Below are positions 47,442 through 57,562 of a stretch of 64,000 bases of DNA, piece by piece. The stretch lies in contig RQOP01000044.1 of NCBI GenBank assembly GCA_008373095.1, positions 2,379-66,378 on the forward strand, given 5' to 3'. The translations under genes were made by a program, and so were the position numbers. Below the pieces are notes generated by a model. That model ran no database searches, was not told the origin of the DNA, and worked only from the letters and a program-made list of their open reading frames with translations. This DNA is from SAR202 cluster bacterium (GTDB lineage Bacteria; Chloroflexota; Dehalococcoidia; Lucifugimonadales; UBA826). The first letter of the stretch is position 1; each line of letters starts with the position of its first letter.

Positions 47442-48599
47442 TTAGGCTAGTTCTTTGATTTCGTTTGCGGCTTCCCCAAGGGTGTTAACTAGAATGACAT
47501 CCAGATTGGATTGGGCAAGAATCTCCCTTCCTTCATCAGAATTTGTTCCCAGCATTCTTACAACCATAGGTCTGATTCTATCTGGTTGTTGTTCGGCGGC
47601 TAGCAAGAAGCCTCTTGCAGCTATGTCACAACGCAAGATTCCTCCAAATAGATTTACTAAAACTGCTTTCACGCTGTCATCAGATAGGACTAAATTGAGA
47701 GCTTTTGCGACTTTTTCTTCATCGGCCCCTCCGCCGATATCCAAGAAGTTAGAAGGTGAAGCCCCAGCAGAACTTGTTACATCCATTGTAGCCATGGCCA
47801 GCCCTGCACCATTTACTATACATCCTATGGTTCCATCTAACTTTACGTAATTTATATCTGATAAGCGAGCTTCCACTTCAAGGGGATCTTCTTGAGAAAG
47901 ATCTGCCAATTCTTGTATGTCTTTGTGCCTAAAAACGGCATCGTCATCAATATCTAATTTTGCGTCGGCAGCTAAAACCTTTCCGTCTCTTGTAACTACT
48001 AAGGGGTTTATTTCCACCAAAGAGGCATCTGTTTCTATGAACGCTCTATACAAGTTTTGTACAAGGCTTGTCACGGCACGGATGTGTTCTTGTCCAAGAT
48101 TGAGACCATAAGCTATTTTCCTACCTTGGAAAGGCTGTAGACCTAATACTGGGTCAATCGGGACTTGAATTATTTTTTCAGGTGTTGTTTCTGCCACTTC
48201 TTCTATATTCATGCCTCCTGCCTCACTTGCAATTACAACCACCCCTTTTGAAGCCCCGTCTATGACCATACCTAGATAGAGTTCTGTTTCTATATCGATA
48301 CCCTCTTCTATAAGTACACTGTTAACAGGAACCCCTTCTGGACCAGTCTGAAAAGTAACTAAATTTGTTCCTAACATAGCCTCAGCTGCCTGTTGTGCAG
48401 CTCCAGGAGACTCCACAATTTTCACACCCCCGCCTTTTCCTCTTCCTCCAGCATGTACCTGTGCCTTAACTACTACAGTCCCATCCATATCAAATGCCGC
48501 CGCCGCTGCCTGACTTCCGGTTTTGGCCAATTGACCCTTAGGGGTAGGGACCCCGTATTTTCGGAGTATCTCTTTTGCTTGATATTCATGGAGTTTCAT
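47442..48599 (-). CDS. sucC: Succinyl-CoA synthetase beta subunit
   Basis: [47 protein letters not shown]. Confidence 0.93.
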   Translation of the reverse strand: MKLHEYQAKEILRKYGVPTPKGQLAKTGSQAAAAAFDMDGTVVVKAQVHAGGRGKGGGVKIVESPGAAQQAAEAMLGTNLVTFQTGPEGVPVNSVLIEEGIDIETELYLGMVIDGASKGVVVIASEAGGMNIEEVAETTPEKIIQVPIDPVLGLQPFQGRKIAYGLNLGQEHIRAVTSLVQNLYRAFIETDASLVEINPLVVTRDGKVLAADAKLDIDDDAVFRHKDIQELADLSQEDPLEVEARLSDINYVKLDGTIGCIVNGAGLAMATMDVTSSAGASPSNFLDIGGGADEEKVAKALNLVLSDDSVKAVLVNLFGGILRCDIAARGFLLAAEQQPDRIRPMVVRMLGTNSDEGREILAQSNLDVILVNTLGEAANEIKELA

Positions 48600-48644
48600 T
48601 CTTATCTTTCCTAATTAACACTCACTAAATTGGAGTAAACAAAG

Positions 48645-48734
48645 TGGCGGAGGGTGTGGGATTCGAACCCACGATACCCGTTAGGATATGCCAGTTTTCA
48701 AGACTGGTGCATTCGTCCACTCTGCCAACCCTCC
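48645..48734 (-). tRNA. tRNA-Ser (anticodon UGA), type II with long variable arm, CCA encoded
   Basis: Folded by hand. Acceptor GGAGGGU/ACCCUCC, anticodon stem CCAGU/ACUGG with loop CU-UGA-AA, 19-nt variable arm, T-arm GUGGG-UUCGAAU-CCCAC, 3' GCCA. Confidence 0.85.
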
Positions 48735-48756
48735 CTTTATAAAAAATGACTTAGGT

Positions 48757-48786
48757 ATTTTAGTGCCCAGTGGAAGTTATCAGCAA
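48757..48786 (-). promoter_or_regulatory. Candidate promoter for tRNA-Ser/sucCD (TTGCTG-N18-TAAAAT on minus strand)
   Basis: Reverse complement of 48781-48786 is TTGCTG and of 48757-48762 is TAAAAT. The -10 box ends 22 nt upstream of the tRNA 5' end. Confidence 0.35.
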
Positions 48787-48836
48787 CTTGACTAAGACAT
48801 TCAACCTACAAATGATACCAATGGATTTGGCCTAGA

Positions 48837-49610
48837 CTACACTAAAGGCCAAGGTATGTTCACATTGGGATCAAGAATAGGCATTATAGGAGTTTCAATA
48901 ATTTCAGCCAATCTATCTTGCAATGCCTGTATTTCTTCTGGGTTAATTAATGGTTCTAGAATTTCGCTTTTTTGGGTGAAGGTGTTAGATAAATTCACCA
49001 TGTCATTCACAAGATCTTCGGGTATTTCTCGGCCGCAGTATTCCAACATTACTGTTCGCATCTTGAAGGAAGAATGGAAGGTTAGGCCATGGTCGATAGA
49101 CCATATGTTATCTGTGGCGTCCAACAAGCAATGTCCGGCTTTTCTATCCGCATTATTTACTAACAAATCAAAGACTGCCAGTGGAAAGAGGTCGTCTGAG
49201 CTGGTGTCCCTCATATCGAAATATGTAATACGGGGATCACAATCTAGGTAAAGTTGCATTGAGCCGACACCATATGGCCCATCTCTTACTACAGTCAAAG
49301 GAATATTAGGCCATTTCAAAAGTTTACTTATTTCGTATGCGGCTTGTTCTCTCTTATACAGGGTACCTGAAGGGAAATCACGTAATGGTTTCTCACCGTC
49401 TCGCGGTTTATAAATAGCTCTCACACATTGATTTTCTCCAGCTTTGATCCAAAGTAAGAAAGTGTAATTTGAACCCCAGGGCATCGTATGCCCTCCAATA
49501 ACGTCACCATTTTCTAAGTGAAATAAGGCCTCGGATGGGTCTAAATCGAGTACTTTTTCTTCGGGAAGAGGAAATTGTTTTCTAGGGTCATTCAGATCTT
49601 GAGATTGCAT
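48837..49610 (-). CDS. SCO1664-family protein (PI3/PI4-kinase-like fold, function unknown)
   Basis: 257 aa. GSNYTFLL, AIYKPRDGEKPLRDFPSGTLYKREQAAY, LLVNNADRKAGHCLL and SIDHGLTFH match my recollection of the family. Confidence 0.65.
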   Translation of the reverse strand: MQSQDLNDPRKQFPLPEEKVLDLDPSEALFHLENGDVIGGHTMPWGSNYTFLLWIKAGENQCVRAIYKPRDGEKPLRDFPSGTLYKREQAAYEISKLLKWPNIPLTVVRDGPYGVGSMQLYLDCDPRITYFDMRDTSSDDLFPLAVFDLLVNNADRKAGHCLLDATDNIWSIDHGLTFHSSFKMRTVMLEYCGREIPEDLVNDMVNLSNTFTQKSEILEPLINPEEIQALQDRLAEIIETPIMPILDPNVNIPWPLV

Positions 49611-49634
49611 TGGTTTTAAACCTAGAAGTCAGTC

Positions 49635-50153
49635 TTAGAGTTCACCTGGATATACTCTTGCATGGCCATTTCTTCGGACACAGTAGTGGCCATCAGGATT
49701 AATTGGCTTTTCACACAAAGGACATATGGGTCTTCCAGAAGCAACTATTTCGAGACCATCTTTGGCAAAATCACTAATCATAGATCGTGTTAGCCAGAGC
49801 CTTACTGTAGGTTCCTCTGAATCATCTTCCGGATCATGAGCGTCGATTATAAACATATTTGTCTCAGGATTGTGTCCGAAGGCGAGTCGTCCCGCTTTGA
49901 AGTCCAAATTTGTTAAACCGGCGGCTTCTAATTCAAGAGGGGGCTCGGCGACACCCTCATTGTTGTCCGGAGTCTCTTTAGCCAACTGGAGCATAGCAAC
50001 AGATAATTCTGCCAATTGCTCCTTTTCCAACCAAATTGCGGCAGTGCTGCTGGCACTGTCAACGTTTATTCGAAAAGTTCGCATACCTGGGTCCCCAAAA
50101 GTTTCAGGGACAAATTTTGTTACTTGAGTGAACTCATTAATAGGCCCAGCCAT
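49635..50153 (-). CDS. DUF3090-family protein
   Basis: 172 aa. FGDPGMRTFRI near the N-terminus and C-terminal CPLCEKPINPDGHYCVRRNGH, characteristic of DUF3090. Confidence 0.65.
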   Translation of the reverse strand: MAGPINEFTQVTKFVPETFGDPGMRTFRINVDSASSTAAIWLEKEQLAELSVAMLQLAKETPDNNEGVAEPPLELEAAGLTNLDFKAGRLAFGHNPETNMFIIDAHDPEDDSEEPTVRLWLTRSMISDFAKDGLEIVASGRPICPLCEKPINPDGHYCVRRNGHARVYPGEL

Positions 50154-50314
50154 TAAAACTCCGAAAACCTTACCAAATTGCTGTTATATATTTGTTAATA
50201 AAATTAAATCCAATAAGAATGTTAGGTCTTTTCAGGGGTTTGTAGCAACAGGCCATTTCAATTTTAAAGTTTTCTTTATCAAACAGGGGTGTCTTGTGTG
50301 TTACAATTTCCACC

Positions 50315-50344
50315 TGCGTTGCCGGATGGCGCGCATTTTTATTT
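50315..50344 (+). promoter_or_regulatory. Terminator-like GC hairpin plus U-tract inside the rpsU leader
   Basis: UGCG-UU-GCC-GGAU-GGC-G-CGCA followed by UUUUUAUUU. Sits between an extended -10-like TGTTACAAT (50299-50307) and the rpsU RBS AGGAG (50363-50367). Confidence 0.4.
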
Positions 50345-50373
50345 GGCCGAAAATTATCAACTAGGAGAAAAAC

Positions 50374-50565
50374 TTGGCATACGTAACCCTTCGCGAAGGC
50401 GAAGAGGATGAAGTACTTCTTAAACGGTTCCAGACCCAAATGCAGAGGTCGGGAATCCTGCGAGAGCTAAGGAACAGAAGGTTCTTCCGTTCAAAGGGAG
50501 AGCAGGCACGCCTAGATAAGCAGCGAAGTATTCGCAGGCTTCGAAGGCGCCGAACCAGACGTTAA
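50374..50565 (+). CDS. rpsU: 30S ribosomal protein S21
   Basis: 63 aa. VTLREGEEDEVLLKRFQTQMQRSGILRELRNRRFF...RRLRRRR. TTG start 6 nt after AGGAG. Confidence 0.85.
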   Translation: MAYVTLREGEEDEVLLKRFQTQMQRSGILRELRNRRFFRSKGEQARLDKQRSIRRLRRRRTRR

Positions 50566-50626
50566 TAATTTTTAGCTGCGCATTAAAAAATTACTAAATA
50601 GATTGCTTGTTTTCAGTCTATAGTAG

Positions 50627-51598
50627 GTGCGTCAAATGGGTATTCTTTATGTTGTCTCAGATAGCGCTGGAGCAGGGAAAACTGCTCTGTGTGCTTCTTT
50701 GGCCTCGGCGCTGAATGATATTGGACATAAAGTCACTGTATCAAAACCAATTTTTTCAGACGATGAAAGCTCGGATCATAATAATTACGCCATAGTTTTA
50801 GATTCCTTTCTAAATAGTTCTTCCAATGAATCTATGGAATTAAATGACGATGCTATTGCAAAAATTAAAGTGATGGAGAATGGAGTGGATACTCTTATAT
50901 TAGAGGCCTCCAACAGATTATCGGCAACCCAGCATATTGAACTGATTAAATCCATCGATGCAAAAGTAATATATGTGGGTAAATACAACGGCGTAGTTGA
51001 TGCGATTCCATTTATCACTGCCTTCGGTGAAAATTTGATAGGCGCGGTGCTGAATTTCTTGACGATGTATAAAAGAACTGAGGCTTGTGAGGTGGTAATT
51101 CCTAAATTGGAGGAATCGGGTATTACAGTTTTGGGATTAATACCAGAGGACAGGACTCTGTTGAGCTTAACCGTTAAACAGATTTGCGAAAATTTAGAAG
51201 GCACTTTTTTTGCAGGCGAAGAATATGGAGAGGATTTAGTTGAAGGGTATATGGTCGGTGGTTTTGGCATGGATCCAGGTGAGTATATTTTTAGTAAGCA
51301 AGACAAAAAAGCAGTTGTGGTTCGTGGAGATCGTCCCGATGTTCAAATGTCCGCGTTGGGCACGGACATGGAATGTTTCATAATGACTGGCGGTCTTGAA
51401 CCAATTGAATATGTTAAATATGAAGCCCAAGAAGAGGAAGTTTCCATCATCATTGTCAACTCAGACACATTAGATACGATGGACAAAATTGGAACACTGC
51501 AGGAACATGCTCAATTTGATCACAAAGAAAAACTTTTCAAGTTTAAAGATCTGATTTCCCGACATGTTAACGTTGAAGGATTAAAGGCAGCCCTCTAG
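50627..51598 (+). CDS. DRTGG-domain protein with BioD/CobQ-like P-loop N-domain (phosphotransacetylase N-terminal-like)
   Basis: 323 aa. ILYVVSDSAGAGKTALCASLA (P-loop) and VVRGDRPDVQMSALGTDMECFIMTGG (DRTGG-like). No catalytic Pta domain. Confidence 0.6.
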   Translation: MRQMGILYVVSDSAGAGKTALCASLASALNDIGHKVTVSKPIFSDDESSDHNNYAIVLDSFLNSSSNESMELNDDAIAKIKVMENGVDTLILEASNRLSATQHIELIKSIDAKVIYVGKYNGVVDAIPFITAFGENLIGAVLNFLTMYKRTEACEVVIPKLEESGITVLGLIPEDRTLLSLTVKQICENLEGTFFAGEEYGEDLVEGYMVGGFGMDPGEYIFSKQDKKAVVVRGDRPDVQMSALGTDMECFIMTGGLEPIEYVKYEAQEEEVSIIIVNSDTLDTMDKIGTLQEHAQFDHKEKLFKFKDLISRHVNVEGLKAAL

Positions 51599-51611
51599 GC
51601 AATTTTTAGCT

Positions 51612-53378
51612 TCAAAGACCTTCTGCATATGCTGCGTGGAAAGTGTCCACTCCTCCTCTGAATTCACTACCATTTTTAGTTATAGCAACTGGGCTGGCGA
51701 ACTTTGCAAATCCGGTCTGGGTGAAACCTTCACCTAAAACCCTGACGCTATGGCCTTTGGATTCTAAACCTGCAACAACCGTTGGGTCTAATTCTGGTCC
51801 GACATCAGTAGTCGGGGAGCTACAATCTACCCTTGGCGCATCGATCGCAGCTTGAGGATTCATACTGAAGTCGACCATTTTAACTATTAATGATGTGACA
51901 CAGTTTGTTATTCGTCTCCCACCTGAGGCTCCGACGGCAATTTCCACGCCATCTTTCCCTAAAACAAGAGCAGGAGTCATGTTGTTTAATGGATATTTTC
52001 CTGGAGCTATTGAATTGACACGGTTTGGGGTGGGGTCATACCACATCATTCCATTGTTCATAACAATGCCTGTTCCTTTGGGAATGATTCCCGATCCAAA
52101 TCCTGACATAATCGTGTTTGTAATCGAGACGGCGTTGCCTTCACCATCAATGACTGCGAGGTGAGTCGTTCCATTGTCAGGTCGAGGTTTGCTGCTTTCA
52201 AGTACGAATTTTGGTTCTCTACCTTCTTCAATCCAAGGATTTCCTGGAAGGAAAGATTCGGGCACTTGTTCTTTTATTTCTTTTTGTCTTTTTCTAGTGT
52301 AATCATCTGACACTAAGCCATTCCATGGCACGTCAGCGAATTCGGGATCAGCCACATACTCAAACCTATCAGCATATGCCATTCTCGCTGCACTTATGTA
52401 AAGATGAAGCATATCTACAGTATTGTGGCCTGCCCCCGTAATGTCGAAGCCATCAAGAATTTTCAATGTCATGGCACTGGTAATACCGGCGCAAGCGAAA
52501 CGTGGTACTCTCACAGTTTTGCCATGATAGTTGAATTCAAGTCCACGATCCCAATAGAAAGGTTTGTATTGATCAAAATCTTCCATCGTCAGAAAGCCGC
52601 CATTGTTTTGTATATCGGCGACCAGAGTTTCAGTTAGCTCTCCTCTATAAAATCCATCTATGCCATCTTTTGCGATGGCTTCCAACGCGTTTGCTAGGTT
52701 CGGTTGCTTTAAAACATAAGGACCGTCAATTCCACCATAAGGAAGAGTGCCATTTGGCATAAAAGTGTTTCCTAATTCAGAATATCTTAGAAGCATGCTT
52801 GAAAGACTTCCAAATTTATACAAAGTAAACCATTCAGGGTGGAAGCCATTACGTGCTATAGCAATAGCAGGCGCAACAACTTCAGCGAGAGGTAATTTTC
52901 CAAATCGAGAATGCGCTTCAAGTAAGCCAGCAACACATCCAGGAACTGCAATCGATTTATATCCATGAATATTTTCATCATTTTTGACCCCTGCCCATCC
53001 AAAACTTCCCACAGATGCTTCTCCAGTAAGTTCGTATAAGTCAGGTTTACCCGAAAGCGGACCTTTCATTGGGAATCCGATTACTCCGCCTTCATTACCT
53101 ACCTGGAAGGTCATGTATCCGCCTCCACCTATTCCACTTGATTCAGGTTCTACTACCCCAACGGCGAGACATGCAGCAACTCCTGCGTCAACAGCGTTTC
53201 CTCCCATTTTAAGCATTTCTAGTCCTGCCTCGGTCGATAAACGGTCTTTCGTAGCCACCATACCGTTGCCCGAATGGGCCTCACTTTTGGTAAAACTGGC
53301 ATTCGAGGCTAAGCTGCTGACCATACATATTCTCCTGACATTAAATATAGTTACCTTATCTATGATAGGCGTCATCAT
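51612..53378 (-). CDS. ggt: Gamma-glutamyltransferase
   Basis: 588 aa. GNAVDAGVA, the autoprocessing site NGTTHLAVIDGEGNAVSITNTI, GGRRI. Start may be the internal Met at 53324. Confidence 0.88.
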   Translation of the reverse strand: MMTPIIDKVTIFNVRRICMVSSLASNASFTKSEAHSGNGMVATKDRLSTEAGLEMLKMGGNAVDAGVAACLAVGVVEPESSGIGGGGYMTFQVGNEGGVIGFPMKGPLSGKPDLYELTGEASVGSFGWAGVKNDENIHGYKSIAVPGCVAGLLEAHSRFGKLPLAEVVAPAIAIARNGFHPEWFTLYKFGSLSSMLLRYSELGNTFMPNGTLPYGGIDGPYVLKQPNLANALEAIAKDGIDGFYRGELTETLVADIQNNGGFLTMEDFDQYKPFYWDRGLEFNYHGKTVRVPRFACAGITSAMTLKILDGFDITGAGHNTVDMLHLYISAARMAYADRFEYVADPEFADVPWNGLVSDDYTRKRQKEIKEQVPESFLPGNPWIEEGREPKFVLESSKPRPDNGTTHLAVIDGEGNAVSITNTIMSGFGSGIIPKGTGIVMNNGMMWYDPTPNRVNSIAPGKYPLNNMTPALVLGKDGVEIAVGASGGRRITNCVTSLIVKMVDFSMNPQAAIDAPRVDCSSPTTDVGPELDPTVVAGLESKGHSVRVLGEGFTQTGFAKFASPVAITKNGSEFRGGVDTFHAAYAEGL

Positions 53379-53416
53379 ACATTAGAATTTGATGCTTAGG
53401 TTGAAGCAGCAGAAAT

Positions 53417-54841
53417 TTATTCTTTTGGGTCGCTTTCCAGACGATATTTCCAGACATCTTTGAATAAATAAGTGGAGGCTATAAGGCAGACAAATATTAA
53501 GGCCGATCCAAACAATGTTGATAATTGAGGGCCTGCTATGTTTGCTATGGAACCGGCGAGCAGGCTTCCCACAGGAACCAACCCCCAAGCCATCATATAT
53601 ATACCAGTAACACGCCCTCTCAATTTGTCAGGAAGAATTCCTTGAACTGTAGCTCCAGAGATGGAGAAATAAGACATCATAGAACCAGACAATAGCATCA
53701 CTAAAACCATAGCAACGTGGTAGGTATTATTTATGGCTAGTGCTGCCATTAAAGCTCCTAAAACGCCAAGCATTACAAAAAGCACCTTTCCTGGGCGTGT
53801 GATTTGAGTGAACGAAGCAAGTATTATTGTGCCTATCAACGACCCCAGGCCGGCGGCTGAAAGAAGTAGACCTAACCCTTCGGGCCCTACCTTGAAAACT
53901 TCAGCGGCATAAACAGGCATGAGACCGTGGACAAACGGCATGATCAAAATAACCATTATTACGGTCATACAAGTCAACCCAATTATGGTTTTTTGGTTAA
54001 ATACGTACCCGATTCCAGACTTTAAATCCTGTAGTAATTGTTCGGCTGATCTGTCGGAATTATCAACGGAAGAGTCTTTATCGAGTCGAATCATCATAAT
54101 AGTGAGAGCTGCTGTAAACATAAGAATCGCTTCAACGATAAACAATAGTCCGGGCCCAAAAATAGCCAGAGCGAAACCTCCAGCTGCCGGCACTATTAAT
54201 CGCATCACACTGAAAGCCATCGAGTTTAATGCAAAAGCATTTATTAGGTTTCTCTTCGGAACAATGACTGCCAGTAGCGACATCCTGGCTGGATCATTTA
54301 TTACCCATGAAATTCCCATTAGGAAAACGAATATAAATAAGTTCCAAATGTTAGCATTTCCAGTGGCTATGACGGCCGAGTATCCAACCATTAAAACTGC
54401 CTGATAGGCATATATAATAAAAAGTAGAATTTTTTTGTCGTATTTATCGCTTATAAGGCCTCCAAAAGGAGCTCCTATCAAAACGGGTAATGCATCCAAT
54501 CCCAGGGCAATACTGGTTAGTAAAGGAGACCCCGTGATTTCATATGCCAGCCATCCAACAACGACTTGTTGAAGCCAAAATCCACTGCTGAAGATGGCGG
54601 TAGTAAGCCATAGGAATCGGTAATTACGAGAGTGAAAAGCATCGAAGGTGTGCAGCCTTCCATGAATTGCCCTAGGTTTTGGGATTTTATTACGAAGTTT
54701 TTCCGAACGTGTTGGATTGGAAGGAAGATCCGAATCAATTGGTGAATTTATGGATGTAAGAGCGGCATGGTTGGATGAATTTGTTTCATCTTGTTCACCT
54801 ATGACGGGCCCAGTGATTAGTCCAGACTCGGTCTTATTCAA
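53417..54841 (-). CDS. MFS transporter (EntS/MFS_3-like)
   Basis: 474 aa. ~60-aa hydrophilic N-terminus, then 12 TMS. GGLISDKYDKK loop motif. Confidence 0.8.
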   Translation of the reverse strand: MNKTESGLITGPVIGEQDETNSSNHAALTSINSPIDSDLPSNPTRSEKLRNKIPKPRAIHGRLHTFDAFHSRNYRFLWLTTAIFSSGFWLQQVVVGWLAYEITGSPLLTSIALGLDALPVLIGAPFGGLISDKYDKKILLFIIYAYQAVLMVGYSAVIATGNANIWNLFIFVFLMGISWVINDPARMSLLAVIVPKRNLINAFALNSMAFSVMRLIVPAAGGFALAIFGPGLLFIVEAILMFTAALTIMMIRLDKDSSVDNSDRSAEQLLQDLKSGIGYVFNQKTIIGLTCMTVIMVILIMPFVHGLMPVYAAEVFKVGPEGLGLLLSAAGLGSLIGTIILASFTQITRPGKVLFVMLGVLGALMAALAINNTYHVAMVLVMLLSGSMMSYFSISGATVQGILPDKLRGRVTGIYMMAWGLVPVGSLLAGSIANIAGPQLSTLFGSALIFVCLIASTYLFKDVWKYRLESDPKE

Positions 54842-55037
54842 CTATATTATCTTTTACCTCACCGCTACTAATTTGTACGTAGAAAGGGATACAAAAAATG
54901 TGACTTTATAAGTCTAATTTTTCATGAAATAAAAAACAAGTATTTTTATTATTTTATTTCGATAGAGAAATTATTATTCCTGTTTTTTAGGGCAATAGAT
55001 GAATAGCCATTCCAAAAGAGTTTCATGCAGCCTATCC

Positions 55038-55946
55038 CTAAATCAAAATCTCTGTACCGTCCACATATTTTTGCTGATGAAATTTAGTGCCTGGTCGAAC
55101 GAGATTTAACCTGTTAATCACTGGTTTCAGAGATTCAGGATTTGAATCATCTTTTGTTCTAGGGGGCATCCAGTCATCATGATGCCCGAGAATTACCTCC
55201 CTAGGTTTTAACATACTTGCCATGAAACCTATGTAGTCTGTTAGCGAGCCTTGAATAGGTTCGCCGTCAATGTTTGGTCTGCCGGCCATGGCTAGTATGG
55301 CAGCATCCGCTCTTAGGTCTGAGATTACTCCTGTCCAGCACCCAGAGGTGTCTTGAAAAAATATAGATCCCTGTGGTGTGTCAAACAGATAACATAGAGC
55401 ACCACCAATTTCACTAGAGCCTAGAGTGTTTTGTCGATGTCTTTCAATTTCTTGAATCAGATTCGGGTTTGTTTCTTCTGGCAATTGATCTGGGACCCGA
55501 CAACCCCATCTCTCGTCTTCTGTCAGGTTTAAATGCCCTGTTTGGATAGAATCGGTTTGTGGCTGGAAGGTGTTAGGTATCCAAATACAAGAATGTAGAC
55601 TCGGGAAAACACGGACAGTCACATCCTCGTTTAAACGATACCTTTCACCACCTTGAGCTCTTCGAAGTTGCTTTTCGGGAACACCTGCATCTATCAAGAT
55701 TCTCACACTTTCATTTGAACCAATGACTTGAGCCCCTGTATTTTTGGCTATTACATCAGCTCCACCGATGTGATCGAAATGGCTATGCCCAATGAAAATA
55801 AAGTCAGCTTCTTTTATTTCAGAAGCGGTAATGCCTACTGTTGGAGCCGTGGAAACTTTATCGATGTAGGTATCCAGCATGATTGTCAGATCGTCGATAC
55901 ACAACCGAAAAGTGGCACATCCAAGCCAGTCTAATTTAATCGACAT
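55038..55946 (-). CDS. MBL-fold metallo-hydrolase
   Basis: 302 aa. FIGHSHFDHIGG (HxHxDH) and later His/Asp ligands. Confidence 0.75.
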   Translation of the reverse strand: MSIKLDWLGCATFRLCIDDLTIMLDTYIDKVSTAPTVGITASEIKEADFIFIGHSHFDHIGGADVIAKNTGAQVIGSNESVRILIDAGVPEKQLRRAQGGERYRLNEDVTVRVFPSLHSCIWIPNTFQPQTDSIQTGHLNLTEDERWGCRVPDQLPEETNPNLIQEIERHRQNTLGSSEIGGALCYLFDTPQGSIFFQDTSGCWTGVISDLRADAAILAMAGRPNIDGEPIQGSLTDYIGFMASMLKPREVILGHHDDWMPPRTKDDSNPESLKPVINRLNLVRPGTKFHQQKYVDGTEILI

Positions 55947-55971
55947 ATTGTTTTTCTCCAGTGAACAAAAT

Positions 55972-55999
55972 TTGCTAGGGCGGCATGACCGAATATGCT
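55972..55999 (+). promoter_or_regulatory. Weak candidate promoter upstream of nuoA (TTGCTA-N16-TATGCT)
   Basis: Hexamers read by eye, about 45 bp upstream of the nuoA GTG start. Confidence 0.25.
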
Positions 56000-56041
56000 A
56001 AAATTGCTTTGTTTTTATGACCCCATTATTACAGAATTTCC

Positions 56042-56422
56042 GTGGGTGGTCTTGTGACTGAATCATATGTGACTAATTGGACAGCGGTAATGATCGTTGG
56101 TTTTGTGGGAGCTCTTGCAGTTCTTTTGATGTTTGTTGCATCGAAGCTGTTAGCTCCTAAAAGGCACTCAATTTTGAAAAACACGCCATATGAATGTGGA
56201 ATACCAGCGTCTCCATATCAATGGTCTCAAATTCAAATTCGCTACTATGTTTTTGCGATATTGTTTGTCATATTTGATGTGGAGGCGGTTTTTTTGTTTC
56301 CATGGGCACTCGTATTTTTGTCTGCACCCCCAGCAGTCTTTTATGAAATGTTAATTTTTATTGCTATTCTTTTATTTGGGTTGGCCTATGCTTGGAGGAA
56401 GGGGGTCTTGCAATGGAGATAG
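56042..56422 (+). CDS. nuoA: NADH-quinone oxidoreductase subunit A
   Basis: 126 aa, 3 TMS. YECGI and [12 protein letters not shown] motifs. Confidence 0.85.
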   Translation: MGGLVTESYVTNWTAVMIVGFVGALAVLLMFVASKLLAPKRHSILKNTPYECGIPASPYQWSQIQIRYYVFAILFVIFDVEAVFLFPWALVFLSAPPAVFYEMLIFIAILLFGLAYAWRKGVLQWR

Positions 56423-57039
56423 ATGAAAATCCCCCTAATATTCATATTCCAAGGTTGGAAGGGTTTGCTGGAGTTGAGAAACCTCTTGGTGGCGGTTACG
56501 AACCAGGGAAAGGAAATAATCCAGCTGACAGTGTTTTCAATAGGGTTTTACCTAATGCATTAACTGCAAAATCAGACGAATTGTTTGCCTTGGCAAGAAA
56601 ATCTTCACTTTGGACTTTGTCTTTTGGGTTAGCGTGCTGTGCTATTGAAATGATCAGTGCACATGCATCCCACCATGATTTGGATCGATTTGGTGTGGTT
56701 ACATGGCCTTCTCCTCGCCAGGCTGATGTGATGATTGTTGCAGGTACAGTGGTAAAAAAGATGGCGGATCCAATAAAGCTTTTATATGAACAAATGCCTG
56801 ATCCTAAATGGGTTATTGCTATGGGCAGCTGTGCAACCAATGGAGGACCATATTACAAATCCTATTCAGTGGTAATGGGTGTGGATCATTTAATACCAGT
56901 TGATGTTTATGTTCCAGGTTGTCCCCCAAGACCCGAGGCGCTCATCTACGGAGTTATGCAATTGCAGGAAAAAATCAAAAATGACGCTAACCGATCATTT
57001 GATAAGGGCCCATCACACCATAATGACAAGGCGCAGTAA
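56413..57039 (+). CDS. nuoB: NADH-quinone oxidoreductase subunit B
   Basis: [37 protein letters not shown] (N2 cluster ligands). ATG 56413 preferred over the track TTG 56392. Confidence 0.9.
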   Translation: MEIDENPPNIHIPRLEGFAGVEKPLGGGYEPGKGNNPADSVFNRVLPNALTAKSDELFALARKSSLWTLSFGLACCAIEMISAHASHHDLDRFGVVTWPSPRQADVMIVAGTVVKKMADPIKLLYEQMPDPKWVIAMGSCATNGGPYYKSYSVVMGVDHLIPVDVYVPGCPPRPEALIYGVMQLQEKIKNDANRSFDKGPSHHNDKAQ

Positions 57040-57562
57040 CATTTCTTCAAAAAGTGAAGCCGAAACATCACCAACCGTAGAACCTCTAGACCAAAAAGGG
57101 TCTGACCTTCTAAAAAACTTGAAGTTAACTTTCGCTGAGTATTCTGAAACAGAGGTTTCTGTTTCTTTAGACATGGTTGTTTTACGAGTTGAACCAGAAA
57201 GACTGGTAGATGTATGTGAACTTCTTAAAAGCAACGAAAAATTTTTATTTAATTATTTGTCTTGCATCACTGTGGTTGATTACGAAGAACAAGAGGAATT
57301 ATTTGAGATTGTTTACCACCTGGTGTCCATTGATTATCACCATAAATTAACGATGAAAGTATCACTACCTTCAAATAGTCCTGTAGTGCCTTCTATTTTC
57401 AAAATATGGAAATCAGCAGACTGGTTTGAGAGAGAAGCTCATGATTTGTTTGGTATTCAGTTTAAAGGCAGAGAAAACTTACCCCCTCTACTGTTATATG
57501 AAGGGTTTGAGGGTTATCCGGGAAGAAAAAGCTTTCCATTCCATGACTATGAGGAATGGTGA
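57023..57562 (+). CDS. nuoC: NADH-quinone oxidoreductase subunit C
   Basis: ...LSCITVVDY..., [25 protein letters not shown]. Start moved to ATG 57023, since the track ORF extends back into nuoB. Confidence 0.85.
   Translation: MTRRSNISSKSEAETSPTVEPLDQKGSDLLKNLKLTFAEYSETEVSVSLDMVVLRVEPERLVDVCELLKSNEKFLFNYLSCITVVDYEEQEELFEIVYHLVSIDYHHKLTMKVSLPSNSPVVPSIFKIWKSADWFEREAHDLFGIQFKGRENLPPLLLYEGFEGYPGRKSFPFHDYEEW

Noticed and set aside
48645-48734. The long-variable-arm tRNA could have been tRNA-Sec, given two candidate selenoprotein genes in the window
   Set aside because: The hand-folded anticodon loop is CU-UGA-AA, so the anticodon is UGA (reads UCA, Ser) rather than UCA. The acceptor stem is a normal 7 bp. 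It is tRNA-Ser.
50128-50439. ORFs 50128..50364 (+) and 50170..50439 (-) in the DUF3090-rpsU spacer
   Set aside because: They mutually overlap, are AT-rich with no RBS, and the minus-strand one runs across the rpsU start. The region is better explained as promoter and leader DNA.
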